Assembly: GCA_023245725.1 (NCBI GenBank)
Contig: JAHFJU010000005.1
Coordinates: 1-42,403, forward strand
DNA length: 42,403 nucleotides
Direction: 5' to 3'
From: Candidatus Peregrinibacteria bacterium
GTDB taxonomy: Bacteria > Patescibacteriota > Gracilibacteria > UBA1369 > UM-FILTER-53-11
The position numbers and the translations under genes were made by a program. Below the pieces are notes generated by a model. The model was not told the origin of the DNA. It did no database searches and was given only the letters and a program-made list of their open reading frames with translations. Each line of letters begins with the position of its first letter. The stretch's first letter is position 1. Below are positions 9,709 through 17,667 of the stretch, piece by piece.

Positions 9709-10652
9709 TTCACCGCAAATATTCTAACGCGTGCCCCGCCTGAGCCGGCTAATAACGTACGTAGAAAGTTTTCAGTATTGGCATGATTATCAGTTTGATC
9801 ATTTTCGACCATGCTCTCGACTAAATCAAAATCATTATGTAACGAATCTAACATTTTAGTTGTATCGCCATATTTAAGAGCCTCAATAAAAAAATCAGTC
9901 TTGTGAATATTAAACCCACAATTAAAAAGATTCAGACTTTTATAAGCATCTTCTGTAAACGTCTCAACACCGGTTTGAATAACAGCGCAATCAAGAAACT
10001 CTGCAGCAGAATTAAGAGGAGTTAGAACTTCACCAAAGTGCGTCGACAACTGAGTGCCTCCATTTATAAAGAAAGAAACGTCCATACCAATGAGTCGCGC
10101 AATTTCAAAGAGTACACAACGTGGAGCATGACAGCGCTCGACATCGGTAATATTGCCAGTGTCTACAGTGCAACAATTCACGCCGTATGCACTTACAAGT
10201 ATCTTTAATGCCGCAGCAGCATCGCTTGAACCACCACCAAGCCCTGAACACATCGGAATGTTTTTCGTAATAGAAAAGTGTCCGTAGACTCTTTTATCAA
10301 ACTTCTCCTCGAAAAGTTTTATGGCTTTTACAAGAGTGTTATTTTCATTAAATTTAAGTAGAGGATTCGTAGAGAAAAAAGTTACATTCTGATTATTGCC
10401 AGCTTGATCCGACGAATTTACCTCTGTCGAATTCACATGATTTATGGCCTTTTCAAATGTAATCACATCAAAAAGCGAAGGAATCTCGTGCACTACCGAT
10501 TGGATTTCATGATATCCAGACTCCGTTTTTTTCAACACATCTAGAGTCAAATTAACCTTTGCAGAAGCCAGAATAGAATAAACACCCGCATCGTTTAATT
10601 TTCCAATAGCATGTCGAATATCTGACAGTTGAGAGGTTATATTTTTATGCAT
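9705..10652 (-). CDS. ispE: CDP-ME kinase, divergent, with two insertions and a short C-terminus
   Basis: AKVNLTLDV, GYHEIQS, KNIPMCSGLGGGSSDAAA, GMDVSFF, NDF, GSG. Confidence 0.9.
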   Translation of the reverse strand: MHKNITSQLSDIRHAIGKLNDAGVYSILASAKVNLTLDVLKKTESGYHEIQSVVHEIPSLFDVITFEKAINHVNSTEVNSSDQAGNNQNVTFFSTNPLLKFNENNTLVKAIKLFEEKFDKRVYGHFSITKNIPMCSGLGGGSSDAAAALKILVSAYGVNCCTVDTGNITDVERCHAPRCVLFEIARLIGMDVSFFINGGTQLSTHFGEVLTPLNSAAEFLDCAVIQTGVETFTEDAYKSLNLFNCGFNIHKTDFFIEALKYGDTTKMLDSLHNDFDLVESMVENDQTDNHANTENFLRTLLAGSGGARVRIFAVN

Positions 10653-11820
10653 GTCGAAGAAGTATTGAAGCTATACATTTTAGTGCTTTGCCTTTCCCAA
10701 ATTCGGAGTGATTTTTGCCGGTCGTTGCCGTAATACCAATCCTCTCGACAGGAAGCTCAAGAATTTTTGATAGCGAATCTCTCATCGCAGCAGCATGTAC
10801 ATCTATTTTAGGGTAGCTGCCCTCTAAACTTAATGACAGGTGTGCAACTCTCAAAAAAACTTTCTTTGATTTTTTCATAATCACCTTTAAATATTGCGCG
10901 CTGTCTGTAATGCCATCTTCACACATTGCGGTCGCAAATGTTCCAAGCGACCCACCACCTAGTGCGCTAGAAAGCGCATTTGCAATTGAGTGCACTACAA
11001 CATCGCCGTCAGAATCCGCATCAAACGCAAATTCAGATTCAATTTTTACCCCTCCAAGAACAAGAGGTTTTTGGCTTTCTATAAGCGTATGGCTATCTTC
11101 ACCGAGGCCGATTGCGGTTATTAGCCCGTTAAGCATATCGAGATCAGCCTTCGAAGTGATTTTTCTATTGTACTCATTTGCCAGTACGACAACCGTTTTC
11201 TTTCCAGTAAATTGAACCACTGCAATATCGTCGGTAAAAACTTTTTGAGTCTTTCCAAGAGTATCGATCAACTCAACAATCTCGTTATACTCTAAAGCAT
11301 TTACGGCCTGCGGAGTCTCCATTTCAAAAACATTGATTCGCGGAATATCGTCTTCGACTAAAAACGATCCATTTCCAATTTCGGCTACAATTTTTTTCAA
11401 ACTCGACGCGACAGGACGACCAACGCCTGCACCAACAACTCCTCTTACACAAGCCTTAATACAGCGACCAATCTCATCTTCAGACGAAAGAGGATTCGCC
11501 CCATTTAGCATCACAAAAATATCACGTTTTGTAATATGATTTTTATCGTAAACATGACGTGTTAGTTTAAGCGAAGTTTCAAATCGAGTGTTTCCACCAA
11601 CGATTATAGTAAACGGTTTCGTGAGCCGTTTTGTACACAATTCTTCAATTCTAGTTTTATCACCAGCCCTACACGCAACATGAACCGAGTTGATTCTCGT
11701 GGTTGCCTCACACAAAATAAGCACATGCTCAATAACTGTCATTCCCCACAACGGCGCGAAAATTTTATTTTCGCCAAATCGAGAAGAGGAGCCGGCAGCA
11801 AGAATGAGTGCGTAATTCAT
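10645..11820 (-). CDS. ispDF: Bifunctional IspD/IspF
   Basis: LILAAGSSSRFG..K, GGNTRFET, ETPQ, TDD, NRKIT; then GLGEDSH, SDGDVVVH, IGITATT. Confidence 0.9.
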   Translation of the reverse strand: MNYALILAAGSSSRFGENKIFAPLWGMTVIEHVLILCEATTRINSVHVACRAGDKTRIEELCTKRLTKPFTIIVGGNTRFETSLKLTRHVYDKNHITKRDIFVMLNGANPLSSEDEIGRCIKACVRGVVGAGVGRPVASSLKKIVAEIGNGSFLVEDDIPRINVFEMETPQAVNALEYNEIVELIDTLGKTQKVFTDDIAVVQFTGKKTVVVLANEYNRKITSKADLDMLNGLITAIGLGEDSHTLIESQKPLVLGGVKIESEFAFDADSDGDVVVHSIANALSSALGGGSLGTFATAMCEDGITDSAQYLKVIMKKSKKVFLRVAHLSLSLEGSYPKIDVHAAAMRDSLSKILELPVERIGITATTGKNHSEFGKGKALKCIASILLRHA

Positions 11821-12899
11821 GTAAGAAGATTAATAAAAGGAATCGCTCCATTTAAAAAATTATTAACCGCTAATTCGTTCTTGGCGCAGAATTCAGCACA
11901 AGCAACATCGCCACGGGGAGCAAGCTCAATCGAGTGAGAAATCGCGGGAAAAACGCCATTGTCGACATATTTAAAATCAACATTCGCCATATCATCGATA
12001 ATTATAGGCAACTGCGGAGCGTACTGCTCAACCGATACGCCGTCAGCCATTACGGTAAGTGCATAGGTAATTGCAGAACGCATATCAGGCGGATACACTA
12101 CCCACTTTTTCTCTCCATTTAGAAATTCGACGCCAGCATGCACATAACTTTTTCGATCAACGAGAACATTTATTTTAGAAACGGAAATATTAAAAAACCG
12201 AGCACATTCTATTACCTCAAACGCCTTGTTTACCAAAGTCGCGCTATCGATAGAAATCTTTTTTCCCATTTTCCAAGTAGGGTGATTAAGTGCTTGTTCA
12301 CGGCTTACAACCGCCAACTGTTCACGAGAAAAACCGAAAAAAGGCCCTCCGGACGCAGTGATAGTAACCGACTTCAATTCGTTAATTTTCCTATAACACA
12401 AAAAAGGAATTACCGACTGGCCACTGATAATTCTGCAATTACATTCTCCGCCCACTAGATTTTCACACCTCAACAGTTGCCACAAGCCACACGCCTCGGA
12501 ATCTAGCGGCACAATTTTTGCCCCCCTTTCATTTGCCAATTTCATAAACTCAACTCCTCTCATAACCATAGATTCTTTGTTCGCCAAGAATACGGTTTTC
12601 CCTGACTCAATTGCCGCCTTCGTAAGTTCAACGCCAGCAGTTCCAGAAATTGCATTAACAACATATTCAACATCATCATTATTAACAAAATCGCACATTT
12701 TTTTAACAGGATTTTCATCCGACGAAACGCACAATGAATACCGCGGCCTCCACTCACGCTGCTGCTCTTCAAACAGCTTTTGCGGCTTATTACAGACCAA
12801 ACCCACAACATCATAAATATCCTCTAAAAATCGCAGACACTGAAGCACCTGCGTTCCTACCGAACCGGTTGATCCAAAAATGGCAATCTTCTTTCTCAT
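11817..12899 (-). CDS. dxr: 1-deoxy-D-xylulose 5-phosphate reductoisomerase, divergent
   Basis: GSTGSVG, LANKES, PLDSE, TASGGPF, HPTWKMGKKISIDSATLVNK, PDMR. Confidence 0.93.
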   Translation of the reverse strand: MRKKIAIFGSTGSVGTQVLQCLRFLEDIYDVVGLVCNKPQKLFEEQQREWRPRYSLCVSSDENPVKKMCDFVNNDDVEYVVNAISGTAGVELTKAAIESGKTVFLANKESMVMRGVEFMKLANERGAKIVPLDSEACGLWQLLRCENLVGGECNCRIISGQSVIPFLCYRKINELKSVTITASGGPFFGFSREQLAVVSREQALNHPTWKMGKKISIDSATLVNKAFEVIECARFFNISVSKINVLVDRKSYVHAGVEFLNGEKKWVVYPPDMRSAITYALTVMADGVSVEQYAPQLPIIIDDMANVDFKYVDNGVFPAISHSIELAPRGDVACAEFCAKNELAVNNFLNGAIPFINLLT

Positions 12900-12901
12900 A
12901 T

Positions 12902-14125
12902 TTATTTCGTAGAAGAAGTTAAAAAATACAAATCGAGCATGCTCAAAAAATCCGCCTCAATTTGATCGACTGTACCTATCAACGTTCGCGCGACATTACC
13001 ATCTATAAAAACAATCGCGCGCGGCTCTTCACTTCTTCCGGGAAAACTTAGAGCTATGTCGGCATTCCGAGATTCTCCCGGACCGTTTACCACACACCCC
13101 ATTACCGCAATTTTCTTCTCGCACGCGCGCGAATCGATTTTTTTCCATACCTCAATTCGCGACGATACAAATTCATTCACGCGTGAAACAACGCGCTGAA
13201 ATGCCAAATTCTCCGCGCGCCCACATCCGGGACAACTCGTAACACGTGGAATAAAATCCACGAGCCCCAATGACTGCAAAATTGCGCGCGCAACATCAAT
13301 TTCTTGAGTGCGTTTAGTAGATTGCGTAGGCGTAAGCGAAACTCGAATTGTGTCTCCAATGCCGCCTGCAAGAATCTTCGACATCGCAACCGTACTTGAA
13401 ACAATCGCCGGAACAGCAACTCCGGCCTCGGTAAGCCCGATATGCAAAGGATAGCTGCACAAAGCAGCCAAACGACGATTCACCTCAACACACGTCGCGA
13501 CATCAGACGCCTTAATACTAACAATAATTTTATCTCCACAAAGCCCCAAATCGCACGCCCTAGTAGCCGACGAAAGAGCACTTTCAACAAGCGAATTTAT
13601 ATATACATCACGAGCAGAAATAGGATTTTTCAGCCCAGCGTTAGTCGCCATATTTCGTGTCAACAACTCAGAATCGAGCGACCCGCCGTTTACGCCGATA
13701 CGTATTGGCTTATCGAATTCACGTGCAATCGAAATAATCTCACTAAAATTTTTGTCATGCAAAATTCCACCACCGACGTTCCCTGGGTTAATCCTATATT
13801 TATCAAGAGCTACCGCACACGCAACGTACTTCTTTAACAGTACATGCCCGTTATAATGAAAATCCCCAACGATTGGTGCTGTGCAGCCACTGTCTCGAAT
13901 CCTCTTAATTATTTCAGGAACAGCTAAAGCAGCAGCGTCGTTATTTACAGTACAGCGAACAATTTCAGAACCAGCTTGCGCAAGCTCAATTATTTGTGCA
14001 GTTGTCGCAGCAATATCGGCGGTATCGGTGTTAGTCATCGACTGAACACGAATTGGAAACTTAGAACCAATACCGACTGTGCCCACGAAAACCGAATGTG
14101 TAGTTCGGCGTATAGAGTGAGTCAT
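12902..14125 (-). CDS. ispG: HMBPP synthase (4Fe-4S)
   Basis: VQSMTNTDT, DFHYN, RINPGN, RIGVNGGSL, HIGLTEAG, GIGDTIRVSLT, SCPGCGR, MGCVVNGPGES. Second ATG (14125) chosen because the first overlaps the -10 box. Confidence 0.96.
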   Translation of the reverse strand: MTHSIRRTTHSVFVGTVGIGSKFPIRVQSMTNTDTADIAATTAQIIELAQAGSEIVRCTVNNDAAALAVPEIIKRIRDSGCTAPIVGDFHYNGHVLLKKYVACAVALDKYRINPGNVGGGILHDKNFSEIISIAREFDKPIRIGVNGGSLDSELLTRNMATNAGLKNPISARDVYINSLVESALSSATRACDLGLCGDKIIVSIKASDVATCVEVNRRLAALCSYPLHIGLTEAGVAVPAIVSSTVAMSKILAGGIGDTIRVSLTPTQSTKRTQEIDVARAILQSLGLVDFIPRVTSCPGCGRAENLAFQRVVSRVNEFVSSRIEVWKKIDSRACEKKIAVMGCVVNGPGESRNADIALSFPGRSEEPRAIVFIDGNVARTLIGTVDQIEADFLSMLDLYFLTSSTK

Positions 14126-14138
14126 ATCTCGAGTTGCC

Positions 14139-14167
14139 ATATTACGAACCGTTCAAAGAAGTGTCAA
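14139..14167 (-). promoter_or_regulatory. Promoter of the MEP operon
   Basis: Minus strand TTGACA, 17-nt spacer, TAATAT. Confidence 0.7.
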
Positions 14168-14175
14168 ATAACTGG

Positions 14176-14205
14176 TTGACTTTGCCCTTTTAGATACCCT
14201 AATAT
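14176..14205 (+). promoter_or_regulatory. Promoter of infC
   Basis: TTGACT, 18-nt spacer, TAATAT; back-to-back with the ispG promoter. Confidence 0.55.
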
Positions 14206-14243
14206 TAAACATGAAACAGATTTAGTTCTTAATTTTCACTTTT

Positions 14244-14750
14244 ATCTCTAAATATTTCCGCCTCAACGATCGTATTCGCGCCCCAACTGTTCGTGTTATT
14301 GACGAGAAAGAAGAAATGATTGGCATAATGGCTATCGAAAAGGCTCTTGAGCTTGCCCGTTCGCAGGAGCTAGACCTTGTTGAAGTTGCTCCAAACGCGC
14401 GCCCTCCAGTTTGTAAGGTGCTAGATTTTGGTAAATTTTTATATAGACAAAAGAAACAGGAGCAGAAGCAGAAAAAAGGGACTAAACAAACCGAAGTAAA
14501 GTCGATTCGTATTTCTGTTCGTACCGACACACATGATCTCGAAGTTAAAGCGAATAAAATAAAGGATTTTGTCGAAAAACGAAACATGGTCAAGATTTCA
14601 CTTGTTATGCGTGGCCGTGAGCTGAGCCATCTCGACCTCGGATTTGAGAAAATAAAGAAGTTTGCAGAAATGCTAAAACCGTTTGCAAACCTTCAAGAAG
14701 GGCCGAAGAAACAGGGGAACACGATATTTTTGTTGGTTGCCCCACTGTAG
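14244..14750 (+). CDS. infC: Translation initiation factor IF-3, non-AUG start (ATC 14244 or ATT 14232)
   Basis: The conserved N-terminus RLNDRIRAPTVRVID lies in frame upstream of ATG 14316, with no ATG/GTG/TTG before TAG 14223. DLVEVAPNARPPVCK, RGRE. Confidence 0.93.
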   Translation: MSKYFRLNDRIRAPTVRVIDEKEEMIGIMAIEKALELARSQELDLVEVAPNARPPVCKVLDFGKFLYRQKKQEQKQKKGTKQTEVKSIRISVRTDTHDLEVKANKIKDFVEKRNMVKISLVMRGRELSHLDLGFEKIKKFAEMLKPFANLQEGPKKQGNTIFLLVAPL

Positions 14751-14856
14751 AGAATTCCAATTATAAAATTCTACCTTTTCCACTTTTCTCAATCTATTAA
14801 TTTTCACAACTTTAAACTTCTAATCGCGCTTGAAAGTCTGTTATTATCTTTTGTTA

Positions 14857-14885
14857 TTGCCTTTTTTAAGGCTCTTGTATAAAAT
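14857..14885 (+). promoter_or_regulatory. Promoter of rpmI-rplT
   Basis: TTGCCT, 17-nt spacer, TAAAAT. Confidence 0.5.
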
Positions 14886-14912
14886 CACAGCGCCCTAACT
14901 TCAAACTATACT

Positions 14913-15104
14913 ATGAAGCAAAAATCACACAAAGGAGCGGCGAAGCGAACGCGCAAGACAGGCTCAGGCAAATTTACCTTTCAGAAAGCCTCAAAACGCC
15001 ACCTCTTGACCCACAAGAGCAAACGTCAAAAGAAGCTCGATCGAACACGACTTGAGGTTCATTCAACCGATACGTACCGACTAGCAAGACTATTGCCTAA
15101 TTAA
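14913..15104 (+). CDS. rpmI: 50S ribosomal protein L35
   Basis: KQKSHKGAAKR..TGSGK, HLLTHKSKRQK; lies between infC and rplT. Confidence 0.95.
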   Translation: MKQKSHKGAAKRTRKTGSGKFTFQKASKRHLLTHKSKRQKKLDRTRLEVHSTDTYRLARLLPN

Positions 15105-15193
15105 CGATCTGGCGTGTTTTGCAAAGAAAGACCCGTTATCTTTCTTTCAAATACAGCCAACTAACTCATTCCTATTCACTTAATCACTATTCT

Positions 15194-15541
15194 ATGAGAG
15201 TCAAAGGAGGCGTCATGACAAAAAAACGCCATAAGAAGATCCTCAAACGAGCAAAGGGTTTCCGCGACAAACGTTCAAACGTTTATAGCTTTGCCCGCCG
15301 CGCCGTATTGAAAGCAGGCCAAAACGCTTATGTAGGTCGAAAGATAAAAAAACGCGATTTCAGAACTCTTTGGATTGCACGTCTTACAGCAGCGCTAAAA
15401 CCACTTGGATTGCAATACAGCCGATTCATTTATATGGCTACTCGAAAGCAAATGCTCGTAAACCGAAAAATGCTTTCAGAATTGGCTATCAATGAGCCAA
15501 AAGTATTCGAACAAGTTGTAACATTCGTACAACAGAAATAA
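15194..15541 (+). CDS. rplT: 50S ribosomal protein L20
   Basis: MRVKGG, AKGF, KKRDFRTLWIAR, YSRFI, NRKMLSELA; ATG at 15194. Confidence 0.97.
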   Translation: MRVKGGVMTKKRHKKILKRAKGFRDKRSNVYSFARRAVLKAGQNAYVGRKIKKRDFRTLWIARLTAALKPLGLQYSRFIYMATRKQMLVNRKMLSELAINEPKVFEQVVTFVQQK

Positions 15542-15571
15542 TCCTTTACAGGATTTACTCGCCGAAATTAC

Positions 15572-15597
15572 AAAAGCCCCGTGAAAACGGGGTTTTT
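15572..15597 (+). terminator. Rho-independent terminator
   Basis: AAAAGCCCCGT-GAAA-ACGGGGTTTTT after rplT. Confidence 0.85.
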
Positions 15598-15692
15598 CTG
15601 TAACAAATACAATCAAGCTCTGTACTAATATACCGAATGGCGCTTATAGTGACGGCTATTATCGCCTTAATCTCACTAACTTTATATCTCTT

Positions 15693-16925
15693 ATGAAAAA
15701 ATTCATCTCTGTCATTACAGCTATTTTTGCTTCACTAAGTTTCTCTCTCACGGCGCTAGCGGCTCCAATTATTAACTCGGTTGGTGGCCAAATTTCAATT
15801 CCTCAAATTGATTATTCCGCAGCTATAGAAAGCGCAATTATGTCTAATTTAAGCTGTTCAATGAACGCGAGCATTAGGTTTGTCGATACCACTCACAACA
15901 CAGTTACCTACTCGATCGATTATACGAACAGCAATGACTACATCGTTAAAAAACCATACGGCATTCAGGCAGGAACTAATTTAGAACTTCTAATTAATGC
16001 AAAGGGTGAAGCGACTCTTGCGAAAGGAACAGCCAAAATGACATTACCAAGCGGAAAAACGGTCGGAACTTTTTCTGTTAATCCAAAGCTCGTTTCTACT
16101 GTTTCTTTTAATGGAAATATAAATGGCAAAAAATGTACATCTAGAGAGTTGAATGTATTGAAAACAAAGCCGTTTTCTATCTCTACATCGCTCACTCCTG
16201 ACCTTGGGAACATTCAGTTTAACGGAAATTCAGCAACAACAAACGTAGTACAAGTTCCGCAAGCAAGCGCAAATGCGAATTCAAACAGTGGAGTAGTGGC
16301 GGTTGATTCAAATGTAGTTTCTCCTGTTAATAACAATCAAACATGTAAGGTCATTGCAGAAGGAGCACTAAAAGGAACATCTGTTCTAATGGGTGCAGCT
16401 ATCGATTACGACGGATTCGATGCAAAATCGTTCTCATTTACACTTAGAGGATACAGCGAGAGCAAGCCAAACGACGTTCGCGAATACAATGGCAATCAAC
16501 AACTTTCTAACGGTCATAATTATTTACTAAATAGCGATCAAAGAGGATTTTTGTTCGAACTTCCTCTTTCAGATGTACCTGAAACATATGTAATTACCGC
16601 AACGCTTGGCGAAAAGACATGTGCTTTGGCATCGTTCGCAATTCCAAGCGCTACGGCACAGGTTCAAGCTCAAGACAGCGGCGCCGCAGGATCACCGGTA
16701 GTAAATAGCCAAGCTCAAGCAAACAGTACCGTAGAAGTATTCGGCAACAGCCCTCAAGATGCACAGACTGCGGCGCAACTTGCACTTGCCCAAAATGCAA
16801 CAAAATCTGGAGCGAAAGATTCAAACAGCTCGGCAATGTCTAACACATTATTAGTTTTAGGCGGAATTGCTCTAGCGGCAGCAGCTTTTGGACTTTACAA
16901 AAAATTTGGAGTAAAGAAGGCCTAA
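15693..16925 (+). CDS. Secreted protein with a C-terminal membrane anchor
   Basis: Signal peptide ending ALA-A, S/T/N-rich beta-type body, C-terminal TM segment followed by KKFGVKKA. Confidence 0.8.
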   Translation: MKKFISVITAIFASLSFSLTALAAPIINSVGGQISIPQIDYSAAIESAIMSNLSCSMNASIRFVDTTHNTVTYSIDYTNSNDYIVKKPYGIQAGTNLELLINAKGEATLAKGTAKMTLPSGKTVGTFSVNPKLVSTVSFNGNINGKKCTSRELNVLKTKPFSISTSLTPDLGNIQFNGNSATTNVVQVPQASANANSNSGVVAVDSNVVSPVNNNQTCKVIAEGALKGTSVLMGAAIDYDGFDAKSFSFTLRGYSESKPNDVREYNGNQQLSNGHNYLLNSDQRGFLFELPLSDVPETYVITATLGEKTCALASFAIPSATAQVQAQDSGAAGSPVVNSQAQANSTVEVFGNSPQDAQTAAQLALAQNATKSGAKDSNSSAMSNTLLVLGGIALAAAAFGLYKKFGVKKA

Positions 16926-16970
16926 TATAATTAGGTATTTCCCGACAAACAGTGCGATGTGAACAATGAA

Positions 16971-17639
16971 TTACTCAACGATAGAAAGCTCAACCTTTAA
17001 AATTTTTACCGGAGTTCTAGGCTTATCATTACTGTCACGCTCGACGTTAGCGATTGCATCAACGACGTCGAGCCCTTCGTATGCCTGCCCAAAAATCGTG
17101 TAACCACCATCTAAAAATGGGGCTCCAGTTTTGTTCTGAACAATATAGAACTGGCTTGAAGCGGTATTAGGATTTGCCTTATTTGCCATAGCAACAGCTC
17201 CGTGAACATGATGAAGCGCAGGATTTACTTCTCCTTTTAATGTCGTACCTGGCCCTTTATATGTCTCTCCACCGCGACCATTACCCAGTGGATCTCCTCC
17301 TTGAATCATAAAACCCGGAATTACTCGATGAAATGTGAGGTTGTTGTAAAATCCTTTTTTTGAAAGTTCTTCGAAATTCTTTACTGTTTCAGGTGCATAT
17401 TCAGGGAAAAACTTGATTTTTATAGTGCCTTTAGAAGTTGTAAGAGTAGCTATATGTTGGCCTTTTACCGGCAAAGCGATCTGTTCGTTGTTAGACATTG
17501 AAGTAGTGGTGTTAGAGGCTGAATTAGAATTAGATGTAGAGGAGTTAGAAGCCGTGTCAGTGGTACCGCAGGCGGATAGAACCAGTGAAAGAGCGACAAA
17601 AAGTGATACAATACCAACATTAGGAGTTCGATTTTTCAT
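16971..17639 (-). CDS. Cyclophilin-type peptidyl-prolyl isomerase, lipoprotein
   Basis: Lipobox LSAC; APETVKNF, FHRVIPGFMIQGGDP, GAVAMAN, SQFYI, YTIFGQ. Confidence 0.95.
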   Translation of the reverse strand: MKNRTPNVGIVSLFVALSLVLSACGTTDTASNSSTSNSNSASNTTTSMSNNEQIALPVKGQHIATLTTSKGTIKIKFFPEYAPETVKNFEELSKKGFYNNLTFHRVIPGFMIQGGDPLGNGRGGETYKGPGTTLKGEVNPALHHVHGAVAMANKANPNTASSQFYIVQNKTGAPFLDGGYTIFGQAYEGLDVVDAIANVERDSNDKPRTPVKILKVELSIVE

Positions 17640-17667
17640 GGACGCATTGTATCAGTAGTTTCTCATT

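Noticed and set aside
2798..10448. Inteins or group I/II introns as the explanation for the insertions
   Set aside because: The inserts are far too short and lack C/S...HN intein ends or intron core motifs.
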